DNA of 56,435 nt, counting the filler, from Porpidia crustulata (taxonomy: Eukaryota): assembly GCA_964255105.1 (NCBI GenBank). It is 5 parts of 5 records of this genome, joined end to end, with 100 filler letters (N's around TTAATTAATTAA, not from the genome) between each part and the next. Parts side by side here need not be neighbours in the genome. Positions count along the whole stretch, not along the records: positions 45,264 to 56,435 come from CAXUWE010000689.1; 4 more parts are not named here. One strand, written 5' to 3'. A model generated the notes under the pieces. It ran no database searches, was not told the origin of the DNA, and worked only from the letters and a program-made list of their open reading frames with translations. Positions 50,978 through 56,435 of the stretch are shown one piece after another. The position numbers were made by a program, and so were the translations under genes. Numbering within the stretch: the stretch's first letter is position 1; each line of letters opens with the position of its first letter.

Positions 50978-52159
50978 GTGAGAAAATCATTAGTACCACC
51001 TGGCGAAAGTCAGTTGAATCGCGGACCGCCAGGAAGCATGACATTATGGAATGGTGGATCACCCTGCCGTGAAGGATGAGCTTCGGCTTCGTTGAACGGG
51101 GGTTGATGATGTCAAACGCTTTGTATATTTGGTCAACATGGTAGTCACATGATCTGACAACAAACTCGAAACCCATGCTCAACGGTGATAATGATCTTTC
51201 TAAGCGTACCTCTACGATCGCTAGACTCTCGAATCTTTCCGTTGCGATGCCAACACAATCGCGTACTGCTATTCGTAGATTTGACTCATGGCATCTAATT
51301 GGTGCGCCTCAGACCTCTCCTATCGATGTGCTACCAAGCACTATGCGCCCTTTTTCCAAGGACCATCGAGGACACGTAAGGCCAAAGTTCTTGCTCATGC
51401 ATATGTTGTGTACCCGAGAAGCTGGACCGTTCAGGCGCAGCCGTAGAATTTGCATGCTGATGAGCTGATCATCCACCCATAGGCTGAGATCTCATTGATT
51501 GGAGATGAGAGTCTCGGAGCAAGGCGGAGCTGCATTGAACATTGATGCACCTTAGGAACTAGAAACCGGGGCACTGCATAAATATGGGGGTGGTAGTTCG
51601 TGATCTGCAAAATTAAATCGTACGGTACGTGCGGCAAGACGTGGATGGGTGATACCTTCCCGGCACTAGCCGGGACGCCCCGAGGAGACAGTACACTAAC
51701 CTAATTCAGATTAGCTCCGAATCAGTGTTGTTTCACTCCTTCCAAGATGTCTGCTTTTCCGACTTCCCAATTCCAACTATCAGTTTGAATCATCACTGGA
51801 ACTTGAGCATCATCGTCTGAGCTCATCTTCAACTTCTCTTCATGTGAACATCTTGTACGTCTCTGAAATGCTGAAATGTCCGAAGTAAATCGCGATCCCC
51901 AGCAAACCATCCATGAAGACTATGGAACGTTGTTTGCTACCGACTATGTTCTTCTCATGTGCTATGTCGTATGGATGATCTGTATGCACCACGCAAACAT
52001 CCACGCATATCTAGTAACACCTCCAAGTCTTCGAATTACCGAGATTCCTTCTCAGTCGTCTATCGCGGCCTTCACATTCCTCGGAACCATCGTTTGGAGT
52101 CTCTCTCAAGAACTTTCTGATCAGAACGTACGATCTTCCTCAATTTCCGACTTCTGTAT

Positions 52160-53182
52160 ATGAGTCACCGCACTGTCTCTGACTTCGCCCGTTACAGAAC
52201 AAACCGGCTCTTCACCCACCGTCAGATACGCCTCCTCATCCGTCCCTCAGCATCCGACATCCTGAGTTCTCGCCGCTACGGCCCCTTTCGCCAAAATCTC
52301 TACCATCGCATCTGTCTCCCTAGCTTCACAGGCTATTGGATAATCCAATATTCCTTCACTGATCCCCAGCCGCCACGACACTCAGATGTCACGATCTTGT
52401 TTCTCCATGGAGGGGGTTACTTCGCCTCACAGCCAGATACCTATCTCCTATTTTTACTCCGCTTAGCAGAAGCACTCACAACGCAAGGTATCAAAGTATC
52501 AATCTTCGCGCTGGACTACCATCTGGCACCCGAATTCCCATTTCCCACGCAACTAGATGAAGCACGAGCCGCGTACGATTACCTTCTCCGAGACATGGCT
52601 ATCCCCGCCGATCGGGTCGTGGTAGCAGGTGATTCGGCTGGAGGGCATCTGGTGCTATCACTGCTTGTGGATCTTCATCAACGCTCTTCACGGCCTCAGC
52701 CAGGAGGAGCAATGCTGTTTTCACCGTGGGTCTCGCTGCATCATACCCCAAGCACAAATGCAGATACGGATGTCCTCTCCGCTTCCTTCCTGAAAGCCAC
52801 AGCACGACGCTTCCTTGGCCCGGCGCGCTTAGATCGGAAGGAGACGAGGACGGATCCGTTACTTGAGTTCTTGAATCCGCACCCGGAGATAGAATGGGAT
52901 GCCGTACTTCCGCCATGGCTGTGGGTGTCAGCGGGCACGAATGAGATCATGTTTGATGATCTCGTGACGTGGACGCAGGCGCTGGAGAAGAGGCTAGGCA
53001 GGCAGAGAGTGGGTTGGGAGTGGGGTGAAGGGGAGGTGCATGATTGGCAGTGGTTGGAGACCATGGATCATGGGGCGAAGAAGAGTTTTTTGGCAAAAGA
53101 AGGTAAGTGTGAAGATTTTGAGGCGGTGACAAGGATCGGAAGGGTTCTTATGGAGAGAACATCGAGAGGGAAGGGGTTCTGA
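52160..53182 (+). CDS. Alpha/beta hydrolase fold-3 esterase/lipase (Say1-like)
   Basis: Oxyanion motif LHGGGY, LDYHLAPE, nucleophile GDSAGG, FSPWV, EVHD. The true N-terminus may lie further upstream. Confidence 0.88.
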   Translation: MSHRTVSDFARYRTNRLFTHRQIRLLIRPSASDILSSRRYGPFRQNLYHRICLPSFTGYWIIQYSFTDPQPPRHSDVTILFLHGGGYFASQPDTYLLFLLRLAEALTTQGIKVSIFALDYHLAPEFPFPTQLDEARAAYDYLLRDMAIPADRVVVAGDSAGGHLVLSLLVDLHQRSSRPQPGGAMLFSPWVSLHHTPSTNADTDVLSASFLKATARRFLGPARLDRKETRTDPLLEFLNPHPEIEWDAVLPPWLWVSAGTNEIMFDDLVTWTQALEKRLGRQRVGWEWGEGEVHDWQWLETMDHGAKKSFLAKEGKCEDFEAVTRIGRVLMERTSRGKGF

Positions 53183-55369
53183 GCTATCCCATATCCTGGC
53201 ACACGGGTAACAGAAAAGCCCGCAGCCCCATTGATATTCCATGAAAGTACAAGGCTTAATAATTTCATAACAAGCTGCTTTGAAAAAATCTTCTGGTACA
53301 TAACCCATCCGATGTCTAGGCGGGTTCCTCCACATCCAGGGGCTCAGCCCTATAGGGCATGCGCCCCCTGAAAATGAGTAACCGCCTTGCCCAATATATG
53401 GGATAGAGAACCGTCTTCTCCATATATCCTGACGCCATACCTTTTCTGCTACGTTTAAAAACAATTGAGCTGGAGCCGATTGGAAAGATCTACTCAAGTA
53501 GCTTTTTTTTATTATCCGCGTGCCTGGCAAAATTGTAGATAGTTGGTTCTTCGAGGCGCGGGCCCTATGTGGCTGAACCCCCTGAAAAACGAATTACCTT
53601 CCCAGGATATGGGGTAGAGCTGCTTTATGCTCAGTGTAGACATCTTTAAAATTGAGAACAGAGGGTTCGGGACCCGGGCTTGTCAAGGTCTTGAGGTTGG
53701 GTATCGAGCTCCTCGCGCGCGGTTGCGGCGCGGTTGCGGGACTAAGGGCGCGCACTCGCTAAGTATATGGACCGCTAGCATTTCCAGCCAGGGGCTTCTG
53801 GCCATGTGAACTGTTCACAGGGGGGAGCTCGGCATGGGGTTTGCAGATATGTCGATGGCCTCCCCCCGGTCCCCAGAAGGGTAGGTCAGCGATTCTACTT
53901 AGGTTGAATAGAGCATGCGCTCTCAGAACTCTCTTCCAGGCCGTAGCAACCCCGTGGCCTAACAAAAGGCCAGGAGGCCTTCAACGGGAAAGGTATCTTC
54001 TTCGATAATAACACCGCCTCGCTCGATAGGAGCGTGGTCGAAGTCCGGTAGGTGATGGTCGAGGTTCGAGGATGAGTACTAATTGATTTGGACCGCCTAC
54101 CCCATCACTACGAGACAATCATCCTGTCTTCTTGTTGCGTTTGTTTGCATTCAGCCGAAGAATATCAACTCCTGGCTGTAGCCAGCCTGCGTTGCGGCAG
54201 GACAGGAAGTCTCGTGGGATTCACCTTGGTATACTTTGTTGGGTGGACCACTCATAAGCCCGGGCACATTCATCTGTCAACTCAAAGGAAAAGGCCTCTG
54301 ATTTCAGCAGGTAATCTCTCGTGGTTGACTTCATCAAACCTTGCGGCTTGAACACTACGCACCTGCACCTATGCTCAAACCACTTCGAAATTGCGGCCAA
54401 AGGTGCTTGATATTCCAGTTTGTGACGAACACAGGAGTTTGCCTGATCAGGAATGGATGTGATACGTTCAGCACGGCCTTCTTTTTCCCGGCAAGGCCCA
54501 TCCTCTTCGGTACAGACTTGGAATACGAAGAAATGCATTGTCAAACCCTTCAATTCTGCGGATCTGGGACTTAGTGCGCCTGCCAGATCTGTAGTCTACT
54601 GATAGAACAATTTGCTGGATCGACGTTCAGTAGTTTGGGCGCTCTTGACGGCAGAGCAACTAATTGTTTCAGGAATTTAAGTGCTTGCCACTGTAGCCTT
54701 GGGTGTAAAGTCGTATTTAAGACCGTGCAACAGTCAAAGATTCTAACGATTTCGTGGCGAAATTGAAGTACTTCTGAGGATTACCCAAGGCGGCGCTCAC
54801 GCCTTGTCGTCAAGTTGGAATCTAAGGTTGGTAGTGTACAGCTTCTAGGAAAGTTGATATCGAACTTCGAATATATGCCTATCGTGGACCTACAGTGGAC
54901 CTAGCAAAGACTGGAACAAATTTTGATGGCTTCCTAGTTCCTGGAAAAGCTTTCTACTCTTGTATGAATTCTTCCCACTTCTCTTTATTCGCCGTAGGCT
55001 ATCGAAGGGCCCTTTCCTGAAACCTTCCATCCTTCTCTGGACCCGCTTGTGGTTGAAGTATGAATTTTTGTGGTCTAAGAATCGATCAAGCCAAGCGTAG
55101 TAACGTGTAAAGCTTCTCATATGCATATCTCTGTGGTAAGAATGACACGGAGTAAGGTTCAGCTTTCTCGGTATCGTGAAATTACATGAGTAGTATCGAG
55201 ATAGTCATGATTGTGTTCCAACGCTGTTTCTAACCTGAGCTTTCCTCTCTGTCTGAAAGTATCAAATATCGATTCAATTGCACATACGGATGTTTCACTT
55301 TCACCTCCGAGTTGTAAAAAAGCTCGTCGTTGGCAGCAGTAAAAGAAACACAAAACTTCTTCGAGTATC

Positions 55370-56435
55370 ATGACGACACAGCCACTACTCGAGGAGCCTC
55401 ACCTCCATACCATTTCAGCGAGTATCGACTCCACACCAGCAAATCACACCAACAAAGATCCAACCTCCTCAAACGCCAATCCATCCCATCTCCCTCCACG
55501 AAGAAGAGATGCGGACACCGCCACCATCATCAAAATTGAAAAGACAATCGAATCCATCGTCGACGGCCTGCTCCGCAACAGCGACGAGCTCTCGATCCCC
55601 ATCAAGATCAAGAAATCGTGTGCTGCTTCAAAATCGCTCATTGAGAGTGGCAGCGAGCTGATGACGGAGATCCGCAAGGTGACATTTCCAGGCCGTACCG
55701 CTCATGAGGCCTGGAGGTTTAGTATGTGGTTTTTGTTTGGCCGTGGCGGACTTCTGGTCTGGCTGATGTAGAAAACAGCGGTGCTGTTCCGGATCTTGGA
55801 GCTGATACATGAGGCGCTGACGAGTAATGTTGTTGTTTCCAAAAGGTAGCTTATTTCCGTGTTGTTGGGGGTTTCTTGTCTGTTTGCATGGTTAGTCTGG
55901 ATGGTACTAACGACGGATATATGCAGGAACATTTACTACAAAGATCCCTCACTGTTCAAATCGCAGCGTATTGTTGACCGATGCGTCGACGCTTTGGCTT
56001 TCACGTATGACGTCCCCCGAGCATGCCTCAACGTCGTAAGTGCTTCATTCATCCTTGTCAATCCCTCAAGCAGGCAGTCTAAATGACTTGCTCTTGTGCA
56101 GACGGCCGCGGCAAAAGGTCTTGTGGCCGGAACCTTTACTTTTACCTTGAAAGATCCACATGGCACAAGAAAGCAGCATGACGGCACAGCGGTTCGCAGC
56201 CCCTCTGCGGGTGCACAATGAGTCTGCTAATCCTAGTAGGCAACCCTCATCGACGACGTCCAGTCGATCCAATCCATAGACACATCAGGGGTTTCTTGGA
56301 TCCTCGTTGTTGAAAAAGAGGTCCTTTCCCCCCACCCTCCACACCTCCTCTCCACTATCATCATCATTGACATCCCCCTCTACAGTCAACCTTCCGAACC
56401 CTAGCATCCAGCCAATACCACCAAACATCCAAAGC
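55370..56435 (+). CDS. SPO11: Meiotic recombination protein Spo11 (topoisomerase VI-A-like), 3' truncated
   Basis: Spliced exons: VTFPGRTAHEAWRF / VLFRILELIHEAL...SKR / NIYYKDPSLFKSQRIVDRCVD (catalytic Tyr region) / AAAKGLVAG / WILVVEKE / TFRTL (Toprim start). Confidence 0.93.

Overview
Eukaryotic DNA from a filamentous ascomycete. Short GT-AG introns with CTAAC/CTGAC-type branch points are present, and the gene families suggest a lichen-forming Lecanoromycete-like fungus (inference). The window is five unrelated contigs of about 11.2 kb, sorted by decreasing length and joined by 100-nt N spacers containing TTAATTAATTAA, so gene neighbourhood is meaningful only within a contig. Contig 1 (1-11228): RS-rich protein, SF3B2/CUS1, RSM27, RNase III, and a J-domain gene split by one in-frame TGA. 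Contig 2 (11329-22555): accessory region with two disrupted genes, a TA-flanked MITE, a thrice-repeated non-coding motif and an F-box-like gene. Contig 3 (22656-33874): DUF4419 protein, GT8/GNT1-like glycosyltransferase, Cys-rich secreted protein, conserved hypothetical protein, partial aminotransferase. Contig 4 (33975-45163): PTH11-like receptor, tandem-domain secreted protein, M35 deuterolysin divergently paired with a stand-alone prodomain-like gene, partial kelch protein. Contig 5 (45264-56435): MFS efflux pump with a premature TAG, PTH11-like receptor, alpha/beta hydrolase, partial SPO11. The best candidate for an undescribed system is the M35 protease plus signal-less free prodomain pair, a possible protease/inhibitor or chaperone module.
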